Part shown: positions 38,243 through 48,974 of the stretch, in pieces
Position numbering within the stretch: the first letter of the stretch is position 1
Layout of the letters: every line of letters begins with the position of its first letter
NCBI GenBank assembly: GCA_947175695.1
Contig: CAMWNT010000002.1
Span: 2,127-66,126, forward strand
Origin: an uncultured Porphyromonadaceae bacterium
Lineage (GTDB): Bacteria; Bacteroidota; Bacteroidia; Bacteroidales; Muribaculaceae
Direction: 5' to 3'
Length of the DNA: 64,000 nt
Made by a program: the position numbers and the translations under genes
The notes under the pieces: generated by a model
Databases searched by the model: none
Seen by the model: only the letters and a program-made list of their open reading frames with translations
What the model was told of the DNA's origin: nothing

Positions 38243-40000
38243 ATGGCAACCCTGACTCCTAATAAAGTGAACAATTCCGATAATCAACAGATCCAATCCG
38301 ACGACAGACTGATAATCTATCAGACTTTCCCCCGGATATTGACCAACACCAACACCACCTGCGCTTTCGCCGGCACCCTCGATCAAAACGGCGCGGGCAA
38401 ACTCGCCGACTACGATTCAACGCTCCTGCGATCGCTCCGCAAGATGGGAATCAACTGCATATGGCTCACCGGAGTCATCGAACATGCTACAAAATCGGAT
38501 TTCACCAAATACGGCATCCCGCTCGACAATCCAAATGTCGTCAAGGGTGAAGCCGGATCTCCATACGCAATCAAGGATTACTACGACATCGATCCGGCAA
38601 TCGCCGTCGACCCGAAACGCCGCATGGAGGAGTTTGAGGAATGCATCCAAAGAATACACGCCGAAGGGATGAAGGTGCTGATCGATTTTGTGCCCAACCA
38701 CACGGCACGGCAATACCATTCGGATGTGGCGCCGGCAGGCATAAAGGATTTCGGGCAGGACGACAACACAACATATTACTTCGCTCCCGACAACAACTAC
38801 TACTATATCCCCAACCAGCTTTTCGCCCCCGACTTCAGCCTCGACGCCGAAGGCGATCAGCCTTATGTGGAATTCCCGTCGAAAGCCACAGGCAACGACT
38901 GCTTCTCCGCATTCTGCGGCCGCAATGACTGGTATGAGACCGTAAAGCTCAATTATGGCCACGACTACGGAGATAACTCCGACCACTATTTCCCCATCCC
39001 CGACACATGGCTCAAGATGCTTCATATCCTCCGCTATTGGGCCTCGAAGGGGGTCGACGGATTCCGCTGCGATATGGTGTTCATGGTGCCGCTGCCATTC
39101 TGGCATTGGGCAATCCCGCAAGTGAAAAAGGATTATCCCGGAGTGATCTTCATCGGCGAGATTTATGATGTGGCGCTCTATCGTCCGTTTCTCGACTACG
39201 GATGCTTCGACTATCTTTACGATAAGGTCAACCTTTACGACAAGATCGTCGGCATCGAACACGCACGCTTCTCGGCGGCCCAGCTGACTTCGGCATGGCA
39301 GACTGTCGACGGAATCGCCCCTAAGATGCTCAATTTCCTTGAGAATCACGATGAAGTCAGATTCGGCTCGAATGAGTTCGCCGGCGATCCGATGAAAGTC
39401 ATGGCTCCCCTTGTGGTGTCGTCGATGATCTCATCCGGCCCGTATATGATCTATTATGGTCAGGAATTAGGCGAACGTGCAACTGAAAATGAAGGATTTG
39501 CAGGATATAACAATCGCTCTACCATTTTCGACTACTGGAGCTACGACGTCATGCGCCGATGGTATGCCGACGGCAAATGCACCGACGCCTCGTTGACAGC
39601 CCAGGAGCGCTGGCTGCGCAGCCTTTATTCAAAGGTGCTTAACCTCTGCAATGATTCTGCACCGCTCAGAGAGGGTAATTTCTTCGATCTGATGTATGTC
39701 AATCTGCGTCAGCCCGGATTCGATCCTCACCATTGCTTCTGCTTCCTGCGCTACACGGCCGACGAAGCGCTTCTCATTTGCGCGAATTTCGACTCTGTGG
39801 TGAAGACTATTCCGGTCAATATCCCCGAACTCGCCTTCGATATGGCCGCCCTGCATGAAGGGCCCGTTGTAGCCGAAGAGCTTCTCTCCGGAATAAAGAT
39901 GGAAGTCGAACTTTCCCGCACGCATCCGACTGACGTCACGATTCCGCCTCACGGCGCGATAGTGCTGCCTATCAAACGAAAACAACGAAAATCAAAATAA
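38243..40000 (+). CDS. GH13 alpha-amylase family glycosidase (no signal peptide)
   Basis: GSPYAIKDYY, DFVPNH, GFRCD, IGEIY, FLENHD. Confidence 0.9.
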   Translation: MATLTPNKVNNSDNQQIQSDDRLIIYQTFPRILTNTNTTCAFAGTLDQNGAGKLADYDSTLLRSLRKMGINCIWLTGVIEHATKSDFTKYGIPLDNPNVVKGEAGSPYAIKDYYDIDPAIAVDPKRRMEEFEECIQRIHAEGMKVLIDFVPNHTARQYHSDVAPAGIKDFGQDDNTTYYFAPDNNYYYIPNQLFAPDFSLDAEGDQPYVEFPSKATGNDCFSAFCGRNDWYETVKLNYGHDYGDNSDHYFPIPDTWLKMLHILRYWASKGVDGFRCDMVFMVPLPFWHWAIPQVKKDYPGVIFIGEIYDVALYRPFLDYGCFDYLYDKVNLYDKIVGIEHARFSAAQLTSAWQTVDGIAPKMLNFLENHDEVRFGSNEFAGDPMKVMAPLVVSSMISSGPYMIYYGQELGERATENEGFAGYNNRSTIFDYWSYDVMRRWYADGKCTDASLTAQERWLRSLYSKVLNLCNDSAPLREGNFFDLMYVNLRQPGFDPHHCFCFLRYTADEALLICANFDSVVKTIPVNIPELAFDMAALHEGPVVAEELLSGIKMEVELSRTHPTDVTIPPHGAIVLPIKRKQRKSK

Positions 40001-40109
40001 CTAAATCCACAGGCGGAGTCGCAGCCACGGCCCACCTGCGGAAACGCGGGGGCCGACTCCAAGCTGCTACAACGCATGTGAATATTCTGAACAGTTACTT
40101 TTATATTCT

Positions 40110-41054
40110 ATGAGCAACAGTCTCCCCCCAATCAAGGTGTTTGCCGGATCCAAGAGCCTCTATCTCGGCGAAGCCATCTGCAAAGACCTGGGTATCGAAC
40201 TCGGCAAGATGAAGATCGAACGTTTTGCCGACGGTGAATTCGAAGTCGGCTTCGAGGAATCGATCCGCGGCGCCGAGGTGTATCTCGTGCAGAGCACATT
40301 CCCCAACTCCGACAACCTGATGGAACTTCTCCTGATGATCGACGCCGCCAAGCGCGCCTCGGCCGGCAAGATTATCGCAGTGCTCCCCTATTTCGGATGG
40401 GCGCGTCAGGACCGCAAGGACAAACCGCGTGTGTCAATCGCCGCAAAGCTTGTGGCTGATCTTCTCAGCGTAGCAGGTATCGACCGTCTGATCACAATGG
40501 ACCTCCACGCCGATCAGATCCAGGGATTCTTCAATGTGCCGGTCGACCATCTTTATGCTTCATCGATCTTCATCCCCTATGTGGAGAGCCTGCATCTGAA
40601 GGATATGGTGATCGCCTCGCCCGACGTCGGCGGTGCGAAACGCGCAAATTCCTATGCAAAGTATTTCGACGTGCCTCTGGTGCTCTGTCATAAGCAGCGT
40701 GCGAAGGCCAATGTCGTGGAAAAGATGACTGTCATCGGCGACGTCGAGGGCAAGAACGTTGTGCTTATCGACGACATCGTAGACACAGCCGGCACAATCA
40801 CCAAAGCCGCCGACCTGCTCCTCTCGTTTGGCGCGAAGTCTGTCAGAGCTCTTTGCTCCCACCCCGTCATGTCGGATCCCGCTACCGACCGTGTGCTCTC
40901 TTCGGGCCTGACCGAGATTATCTTCACAGATTCAATCCCCTACGTCAAGGAGAATCATAAGGCTACGGTGCTCCCGGTCGCAAAGCTTTTCGCCGACACT
41001 ATCCGCCGCATCCACAACAATCAGTCGATCTCATCGCAATATCTCTTCAAATAA
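40110..41054 (+). CDS. prs: Ribose-phosphate pyrophosphokinase
   Basis: FADGE, PYFGWARQDRK, DLHADQIQGFF, SPDVGG, DDIVDTAGT. Confidence 0.97.
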   Translation: MSNSLPPIKVFAGSKSLYLGEAICKDLGIELGKMKIERFADGEFEVGFEESIRGAEVYLVQSTFPNSDNLMELLLMIDAAKRASAGKIIAVLPYFGWARQDRKDKPRVSIAAKLVADLLSVAGIDRLITMDLHADQIQGFFNVPVDHLYASSIFIPYVESLHLKDMVIASPDVGGAKRANSYAKYFDVPLVLCHKQRAKANVVEKMTVIGDVEGKNVVLIDDIVDTAGTITKAADLLLSFGAKSVRALCSHPVMSDPATDRVLSSGLTEIIFTDSIPYVKENHKATVLPVAKLFADTIRRIHNNQSISSQYLFK

Positions 41055-41077
41055 GAATCTTATTTGAGCCAAATATC

Positions 41078-41109
41078 AAGGCGCCGCGACTCCGAAGTTG
41101 CGGCGCCTT
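41078..41109. terminator. Hairpin between convergent prs and tamB
   Basis: AAGGCGCCGCGACT/AGTTGCGGCGCCTT. Confidence 0.65.
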
Positions 41110-41121
41110 CTATATTTTAGT

Positions 41122-41171
41122 CCCAATTAATCCAATTAGCCTAAAACCTAAAACCCAATACCTAAAACCTA
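41122..41171. repeat. 7-bp repeat (CCTAAAA) plus a 9-bp duplication abutting the tamB stop
   Basis: CCCAATTAA TCCAATTAG CCTAAAA CCTAAAA CCCAATA CCTAAAA CCTA. Confidence 0.7.
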
Positions 41172-44100
41172 CTCAACACTATCGCGGGGAGCTTCCGGAG
41201 TGCTATCGGAGGGGCGGCGCTTGCCATGGCCGAAGATGTGGTTGAAATCCCGACGCCACATAATGCCGACACCCTGTGTTGTCAACGCGGATTTCAGATA
41301 GTAGTTCTGATCATTGAAGTGGTTGTAGGCTTTCAGGCGCCAGTTGCCCCCTCGGTTGAGAAGATATTCCACATCAAAGTCGCCGACAAACGTAGTGTTG
41401 CTTGTCGATGGATCGCGATAGCCTATATTGCCGTTGATAAGCAAACGGTTGTTGAAGAGACGCGACGAAAGGGCGAGGTCGACCTCAAGATCAGAGAAGT
41501 CGCCTTTATCGGATCTGAACGAGGGTGCGACAGTCACTTTGTCGGTCAACTGGCCCAAGATGTTGGCCAATTGCGATGAGAGTGTCGACGACGCTACGGA
41601 GGCCCATTCACCACCGGAGGTGCCTCCCATATATTCGGGCGTATAGAATCGATTGAGCGCGAGCAGATATATCATCTGCAGATTCATCATATCTTCAGAC
41701 GCGATTACGCTGCGCACTTTCTGCTCGACTTCGTCGTTGAGAGTGGGCAATTCGATATCAAACGATATCTCGGGATGTTCCATCTGCCCTGTCACAATCA
41801 GCATCGCGTCGACCGGCACATTCGTGCGATTCAGATCGCGGTCGGTGGCAAATGTCGCGTCAAGATCGGTCAGATTGGTATTGACTCGATATGCCGCCCG
41901 AATGTCGAGCAAGCCATCCATCGGGTCGCCGTTGAAGGATATCGAACTTCCGCGCTTGATTATGAAATCTTTGAGGATTACGTCTTGAAGTGAGAAGTTG
42001 TAGGTGCCCTCGTCGAGCACATATTTGCCATACATTCTCATCTCGTCGGAATCGGATCGATAGGTCAGATTCATAGCGCCTGATCCGTGAGCCGTAATCT
42101 TGTCGCCGGCAGCCGGATCCATGACGAGCACAAGGCGTGTGGCCGGAGTCAGAGTCGCACGAATGTTCATTCCGAACACTGATTCGGGGCCCATCTGCTC
42201 CTCCACTTTTTTCTTAAACGCGCGCACAATTTCGTCGGATTCCGAAAGCGTGATCTCCCCTTTTGCCTTCATCTCCTCAAGCCGACGGTCGGTGAAGGTC
42301 AGAAATCTATAATCGGCGGCCTCTTCCTGATCGCTGAGCACGAAGGTGAACACGGAATTGGCCTGCGTTGTCATATCGGCAGTCACTCCGACATAGTTGC
42401 CGCGTCCGAGAATGCGTCCGCCGCCACTGCCGAAGATCCTGCCATACCATATGGGATTGATCTGCGGGTTGGTGTCGTAGACAAGGAGGTTGCGGGCATC
42501 GGATATGCGGAAATCAAATTCGGGATCGTGGAAGTAGCGATGGGTCAATTCGCCGCTCAGGCGGGCGGAATTTCCATATTCGTCGTGAAGCGTGAAGGAG
42601 GGTATATGGATACGGCCGGGAGTAATGATGACACTGTCGCGACCGGTGTAGGTCACGTTGGTGTAGTCCACTTTCAGCGCTATCGTATCGGCCATCATGC
42701 GCCCGGCCATGTCGATATCGGAGAATGTGCCGTAAAGGAGCGCCTTGCCGGAGGCCCGTCCGTCGACTTTGGATGAAAACGCCGACATGAAGGGCTGCAG
42801 AAAACCGATTCTGACCTTGTCGGCATCCATGGCAAACGAAAGCGAATCGCGTCCGATCCATATTCCACCGTCGATTTTCGCCACCCGACGTCCGGACTCG
42901 GCCACATCCGCACTGATTCCGACCCGCTTTTGCGCCATATCGAAATCACCGTGAACTTCGGCATCGCCGAGCACGGAATGATTGTAGCTGAAGTTGTCGA
43001 CATGAAGACGCGTGGTCGATGCCTGCGGATCGCCGGAGAGAAGCGCTGTGCCGACGGCCTCGCCTGTGGCCCGGCCCCCAAAGCTGACATAGTTGATATT
43101 CAGAGTATCGAATATATAGTCAAGGTCAATCTCGCGGAGGGTGACGACCACCTCGTCGTCGGTCGACGCTGAGGCGATGCCGGTGATGTCGACAAACTGA
43201 CGGTCGTGAGAGATTCGGAAGCCATTGATTGTGGCGATTCCACCGGCTTCATTCTTGACATAGTCGATATTTGCCTCTGCCACATTCCATTCCGAGCCGT
43301 TAAGACTGAGCTTGCTCGGAAGGATATGAAGCGACAGGGCTTTCCCGGCGGGATAGTAGGAATCGGTGATGCCGAGCTGCATTGCGATGTTTCCGAAAAA
43401 GCCGGTGGTGCGGTCGGGATTGAATATCAGCGACATATCAATGTTGCCTGTTGTCGACATCATGTCGGCCAATAGATGAAGATCCCCTTTTTTGGTCGGA
43501 TAAACGGTATTCAGATTAAGACGCGCCTTGCGGTTGGAGATGCCGGCGTCGAGAGTTGTCTGCCGGATCAGCTTGTCGCGCCCTTGCTGGATATACGGGG
43601 CGTCGACAGACAGCGCAAGGATGCCGGAGGCAGCGTCAAGTTAGCCGCTGACATTAGCTTCATACAAAAGCTTCACAGGCAGACGGAAGAAATCGCTCGA
43701 GCCTGATTCGCGCAGAAGGGTGAAGTCGAAGTCGAGATGATCGGAGTAGATGTTTTCTCTCCAATCTTTGGGTGCGTTCAGCAGCGAGGGGAAGGCATCG
43801 GAGAGCAGACCGCCTACAATCATAGGCAAGCGAGTGGGGGTAAAATGGCCATTGATACCACCTTCGATCCAGTCAGATACAATTTCATATCTCCTTCCCC
43901 CTCCGGATTCATTATCCGCGATAAAGGCGTTGACACGAAACGAATCGAGATCAAGCGTGCGCCCGAGCGTATGGTCGTCGAGTCTGACGCGTGATATGTC
44001 GATATCCCCCTGCAGATTATCGGGCGACGATCCGATCAACCGCGCCGAGATCTCGCCGGATGCGGTAAAGTCGAATTTCGCACCCAGCGGCGCGAGTGCC

Positions 44101-45833
44101 CCCGGCCTTACGGAACGCACATCTCCGTCGAGGGCCAGACGTGAGTCGGCGCCGGCGATGTCGAGGCTTCCTGCGATGTCGAAATCAAAATTGGGATCGT
44201 CACAGCTCATGTCGACCAAAATGCGCGATCCCGACTTATGAAGATTCAGCTGAGTCGCTCCAAGCGAATAGCCTTTTATTTCGGCCATTGGAATATCGAG
44301 CGAGAGATCGGCCTCGCCAACCATCTTGTCAAGACGCTCGAGAGTCAATCCTTTGACATTGCTTAGCAAGGTTTGAGCCGTCGAGGCTCTCGCTTCCAGA
44401 TCGATCACAACGCGGCCAAGAGCATCGGTCGATAGCAATCGGCCGAAGTCGATGCCGTCGGAGTGCAGGTCGAGTGAGAATATATCGGTGTTGCCTACCG
44501 AATTGCATAATCCGACAAGTGTCATATTCCCCACCCCGCTTTGGAAATCAAGGTCTACTGCGGCCATTCGCTTGGATTCGGAATAGTTGCCTTTAAGCCG
44601 GATGTCGAGTTCTCCGGCGGCGGAGATCGCTCCGGCCACTTTATCTGCCGAAGCCCCGCCGGCGCTGACGAGCCGCGCGAGATCGCTATTGAATGCCGGA
44701 GTGGATTTCAGTGTCAATTTAGGAACTATGATTTCTTCTATAGGGAGATTCAGCCGGCGTCCTTGATCATTTCCGGAAGCCGCTACTTCAGCATCATCTA
44801 TCTGCAGAGAGAATGCTCCGTCGGCATGTCCCGTGTCGCTGACGGTAGCCACACTCAATCGGTGGAGAGTCAATCGACCCATATTGCCGGATGCGGCCAC
44901 CGAAAGTTTCATGCGGCGGTCGAGCGATGCGAGCGGCGCCCAGAATGGCGCGAACTCGGCCGGATTGATCTTCGCGGCCTCCACTCCGAGCTTTATATCG
45001 CCCGATGCCAGCCATTTTTTCAACCCTCCCTCGGCCGCGAGGGGAAGGGTGATGTCGGCGATTGTCAGCGACGACCGCTCCGTTTCGAGTTCAAAACCTG
45101 CTATCGAGAGATTGCCGTGATCAATAGTGGCGTATCCTTTCAGCCGCTCCACCTTCAGCATATCTTTGAGCGAAAACTCAAGCCGACGGAGGTCGATTTC
45201 GATCAGATCATTACTGAGCCGGGGAAGCGCGACATCTGCATTCAGACCTTCGACGCGCAGCTCCGACAGCCATGCCGGAGCGCCCTCTTTCCCGAGCCAG
45301 GGGCGCGAAAAGCGTGCTTTGCTTTTACGGATCACGATATTGCGGATGCGCAGGTCAAAGCGTGTCGGAGGCTTGTTTTTGTCTTTGGGCTTGAACGCTT
45401 CAATAAGGAACTCGATATTTAGCCGACCATCTTTCTCACGCTGACTCAGACGAGCATCAAGCCCGACAAGCTCCACATAAGTGATGATTATTTTTTTATG
45501 GGCAATAAGATTCCATATGCTTATGCCGGCTCCAAGGCGCTCGATGCGGGCACACGCCGGAGCCTCGCCTCCGCCGGCGGCAGGCTCATAAAGAGTCACC
45601 CCCTCCACCACAATCTCATTGAAGGGATAGATGTCGACATTATCTATCGTCAGCCGGCTCGTGAAAAGTTTTGACAACTCTGTCTCAGCTTCCCGGCGCA
45701 CTTTATCCTGCACTCCCGGCAGCGACAGAAGTATATAGAGGGTGATGTAGAGAAAGGCAACAAACGCCACTGCGGTGAAGAGCAGACTCCTCACCACTTT
45801 ATAGGCCCATTTCCACTTCTCTTTATGACTCAT
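41169..45833 (-). pseudogene. tamB: TamB/AsmA-like translocation and assembly module protein interrupted by one in-frame TAA at 43641-43643
   Basis: ORFs 43641..45833 and 41169..43472 share a frame and the 56 codons between them are open; N-terminal TM anchor; C-terminal DUF490-like GSSISFNGDP...LALNRFYT...FVGDFDVEY...TQGVG. Confidence 0.8.
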
Positions 45834-45858
45834 CCGGATGATATTGGTAATAATCCTA

Positions 45859-45929
45859 CAAAATTAAGCATTTCTAATGAAAAAATCAGCCACCCCGACA
45901 ATATATTTCAAACTATTTTTCTAAATTTG
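45859..45929. promoter_or_regulatory. Divergent tamB and tsaD promoters
   Basis: Minus strand TAATTTTG (45859-45866) and plus strand TAAATTTG (45922-45929). Confidence 0.55.
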
Positions 45930-45994
45930 CGAAAGTTTCATTCCCCGGGATTCCCGTTCTCTCCCAATCCCGCCCAACAATTGAGTCAACAGAA

Positions 45995-47014
45995 ATGTCA
46001 TCCTACATACTCGGAATCGAATCTTCATGCGACGACACTTCAGCCGCGGTCATCAACGGCGACGGCGTCATCCTCAGCAATGTCATCGCAAGCCAGAAGG
46101 TGCACGAAGCTTTCGGCGGCGTTGTGCCGGAACTCGCATCAAGAGCTCATCAACAGAACATACTGCCCGTAGTCAGCGAGGCTATCCGGCAAGCCGGAAT
46201 CACCAAAGAGCAGCTGACAGCGATCGCATATACACGCGGCCCGGGATTGCTCGGGTCGCTCCTCGTCGGCACCAGCTTCGCCAAAGGTCTGGCCCTCGGC
46301 CTCAATATCCCGCTGATCGACGTCAACCACCTTGCGGCCCACGCTTTGTCGCACTTTGTCAAAGAGTCGGCGGATGATGATGTGCCTGAATTTCCTTATA
46401 TGTGTCTGCTGATTTCGGGGGGAAATTCGCAGATCATCCTCGTCAAAAGCCCGGAAGAAATGGAAATAATTGGCCGCACAATCGACGATGCCGCAGGCGA
46501 AGCTTTCGACAAATGCGCAAAAGTCATGGGGCTTCCTTATCCCGGCGGCCCTCATATCGACCGTCTCGCCGCCGAGGGAAACCCCGACTCTTTCAAATTT
46601 GCAAAACCGCATATCCCGGGGCTCGATTATTCATTCTCCGGACTCAAAACGTCATTTTTATATACATTGCGCGACAACCTTGCGACCGACCCCGATTTCA
46701 TCGAGCGCAACAAGGCCGATCTCGCCGCTTCGCTTCAGAAAACGATCATCGACATTCTGCTCGACAAACTCGACAAAGCGGTCAAAATCCACCGTCCGCG
46801 ACATATCGCCATCGGCGGAGGTGTCTCGGCCAACTCGGGGGTCAGAAATGCAATCGCGCAATATTGCGAAAAGAAAGGGATCCGAGCCTGGATTCCGCCA
46901 CGGAGATTCACGACCGACAACGCCGCGATGGTGGCAATAGCCGGGCTCATGAGGCTCACACCCGACCACACCTCCGACTTCTCGCTACCGCCCTATTCAA
47001 AAACTACAATCTGA
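45995..47014 (+). CDS. tsaD: tRNA t6A threonylcarbamoyltransferase
   Basis: ILGIESSCDDT, GGVVPELASRAH, HLAAH, DDAAGEAFDK, FSGLKT, TDNAAM. Confidence 0.97.
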   Translation: MSSYILGIESSCDDTSAAVINGDGVILSNVIASQKVHEAFGGVVPELASRAHQQNILPVVSEAIRQAGITKEQLTAIAYTRGPGLLGSLLVGTSFAKGLALGLNIPLIDVNHLAAHALSHFVKESADDDVPEFPYMCLLISGGNSQIILVKSPEEMEIIGRTIDDAAGEAFDKCAKVMGLPYPGGPHIDRLAAEGNPDSFKFAKPHIPGLDYSFSGLKTSFLYTLRDNLATDPDFIERNKADLAASLQKTIIDILLDKLDKAVKIHRPRHIAIGGGVSANSGVRNAIAQYCEKKGIRAWIPPRRFTTDNAAMVAIAGLMRLTPDHTSDFSLPPYSKTTI

Positions 47015-47062
47015 CCTTCGGCAGTCCTTCACCCCGAAGGCCATACTACACCCCATACGCTA

Positions 47063-47815
47063 ATGCCACACACAGAGACACGCCACATAGTCATCTATGG
47101 CTATACCCGCGAAGAGCTTTCGCGCATCATCCGACATTTCGAGGCCCAACTGCCTGAATATGTCAAAATTTCAATAGCAAACTCCCATCTTGTGACCACG
47201 ATCACACTGACGGGAGTGCACAGCGGCATCGAGCTCTTGAGATTCAAGATGAACAAATATCATCAGAATCTCAATGAAATCTTCACAGAAGATGTGCTTG
47301 CGATGGAGCGAATGCAGCCCGCCGAAGTGCTGGGCCAGCTCTTGAAAGAACGCGAGCTGACTGTCGCATTCGCCGAAAGCTGCACAGGCGGCAACCTCGC
47401 CCACCGGATAACGCAGATTCCCGGAAGTTCGGCTTATTTTCTCGGGTCGGTGGTCAGCTATGCCAACGATGTCAAGGCCGATGTGCTCGGAGTGTCGCGT
47501 GGCGACATATCGCAATACGGCGCTGTCAGCCGCCAGGTTGTGGAATCCATGGCCGGCGGGGTGGCAAGAATGATGCGATCCGACTGCTCCATAGCCACCT
47601 CCGGAATAGCAGGCCCCGACGGCGGCACAAAAAACAAGCCTGTCGGAACGGTCTGGATGGCTGTGCGCTATCACGACAAAACCCTCTCCGAATGCATCCA
47701 CTTCCAGGGCGATCGCGACGACGTCATCCAGCAAGCCACCAACCACAGCATCGTCATGCTGATCAATCTGCTGCGTGAGTCATACACAGTGGCCGAGGAT
47801 TTCAACGACGAATGA
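47063..47815 (+). CDS. cinA: Short CinA-family protein with NMN deamidase (PncC) domain
   Basis: AESCTGG, PGSSAYF, GAVS, SGIAGPDGG, KPVGTVW; lacks the N-terminal MoCF domain. Confidence 0.85.
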   Translation: MPHTETRHIVIYGYTREELSRIIRHFEAQLPEYVKISIANSHLVTTITLTGVHSGIELLRFKMNKYHQNLNEIFTEDVLAMERMQPAEVLGQLLKERELTVAFAESCTGGNLAHRITQIPGSSAYFLGSVVSYANDVKADVLGVSRGDISQYGAVSRQVVESMAGGVARMMRSDCSIATSGIAGPDGGTKNKPVGTVWMAVRYHDKTLSECIHFQGDRDDVIQQATNHSIVMLINLLRESYTVAEDFNDE

Positions 47816-47896
47816 ATCGGAAATCATACGCGCGACCCCCGAAAGCGATTCGCGACAAATTTTTCAACCGAAAACAACCGAAAAACCGGTCGAATA

Positions 47897-47928
47897 TTTG
47901 CGTATGTCGCAAAAAGTTAGTAAATTTG
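47897..47928 (+). promoter_or_regulatory. rpmB promoter
   Basis: TTTG-N20-TAAATTTG. Confidence 0.75.
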
Positions 47929-48056
47929 CATCGAATTTTGTGGCACATCCTTTAAAGTTGCTGAAAATGATGCGTTTAGCGACGATATGAGAACTGAGAT
48001 GGCGGCCACAGACTTTTATACAACAAGTTTTTACAAAAGATTTAAAAACAACAGCC

Positions 48057-48320
48057 ATGTCAAAAGTTTGTCAGATCACCGGCAAGAAGACTCAGGTGGG
48101 CAACAACGTTTCCCACTCCAAGCGCCGCACAAAGCGCAAATTTGAGGTGAATCTCCACAAGAAAAAATTCTACTGGGTAGAGCAGGATATGTGGATTGAA
48201 CTCGTAGTGTCAGCCCACGCCCTCCGTATCATCAACAAAATCGGTCTGAACGCAGCCCTCAAAAAAGCTGAAGCTGAAGGCAACCTCGATTTCAGAAAAA
48301 TCAATATCCTTTCCCTCTAA
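48057..48320 (+). CDS. rpmB: 50S ribosomal protein L28
   Basis: [11 protein letters not shown]...[19 protein letters not shown]. Confidence 0.96.
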   Translation: MSKVCQITGKKTQVGNNVSHSKRRTKRKFEVNLHKKKFYWVEQDMWIELVVSAHALRIINKIGLNAALKKAEAEGNLDFRKINILSL

Positions 48321-48456
48321 TCCATTCAGTCGACCCGGCATCCCTCCGACCATCTTGTCAGCCTCACGACGCCCCCGGACACGCTTCCACTGCCCAAGCG
48401 CCAATCTCTGACACTGAGTCGACAGGCCGGACACGATAAGCAACCACAATATCAAT

Positions 48457-48645
48457 ATGGCAAAGAAAGCTAAAGGCAATCGAGTTCAGGTTATCCTCGA
48501 ATGCACCGAACATAAGGCAAGCGGTATGCCCGGTATGTCCCGCTACATCACCACCAAAAACCGCAAGAACACCCCCGGACGTCTGGAGTTGAAGAAATAC
48601 AACCCCATTCTGAAGAAAATGACCATCCACAAAGAAATCAAATAA
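48457..48645 (+). CDS. rpmG: 50S ribosomal protein L33
   Basis: [12 protein letters not shown]...[21 protein letters not shown]. Confidence 0.97.
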   Translation: MAKKAKGNRVQVILECTEHKASGMPGMSRYITTKNRKNTPGRLELKKYNPILKKMTIHKEIK

Positions 48646-48656
48646 GCATCTGAACC

Positions 48657-48806
48657 ATGGCAAAGAAAACCGTCGCGTCTCTTCAGAAAGGTGAAGGACG
48701 CACCTATAGCAAAGTCATCAAAATGGAGAAGTCTCCCAAGACAGGCGCTTATGTCTTCAAAGAGGAGATGGTGCCCAACGACGCCGTACAGGCTGCCCTC
48801 AAGTAA
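48657..48806 (+). CDS. DUF4295 small protein (49 aa)
   Basis: Not in the ORF track; MAKKTVASLQKGEGRTYSKVIKMEKSPKTGAYVFKEEMVPNDAVQAALK; usual Bacteroidetes position after rpmG. Confidence 0.9.
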   Translation: MAKKTVASLQKGEGRTYSKVIKMEKSPKTGAYVFKEEMVPNDAVQAALK

Positions 48807-48831
48807 TTCCACAAAATTACATACATCTTCC

Positions 48832-48871
48832 AAAAAAGATCGAAAGGATTTCCCCTTTCGGTCTTTTTTTT
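48832..48871 (+). terminator. Terminator of the rpmB operon
   Basis: AAAAAAGATCGAAAGG/CCTTTCGGTCTTTTTTTT, immediately followed by the nadE -7 element TAACTTTG (48873-48880). Confidence 0.85.
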
Positions 48872-48974
48872 GTAACTTTGTGTAGCCCCCCTGCTCCTCT
48901 CATAATTTTCATTTCTGTGGCCGTCATCTCGCATCGGCCACATTTCATCCGACCATCAATCCACCCCACAAGCT

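Noticed and set aside
41140-41171. TTTTAGG repeats as telomeric or contaminant sequence
   Set aside because: There are only about four imperfect units, within continuous bacterial genes.
43641-43643. Genome-wide TAA reassignment
   Set aside because: TAA ends nrdD, pepO, prs, rpmB, rpmG, nadE, fmt and lpxA at their expected C-termini.
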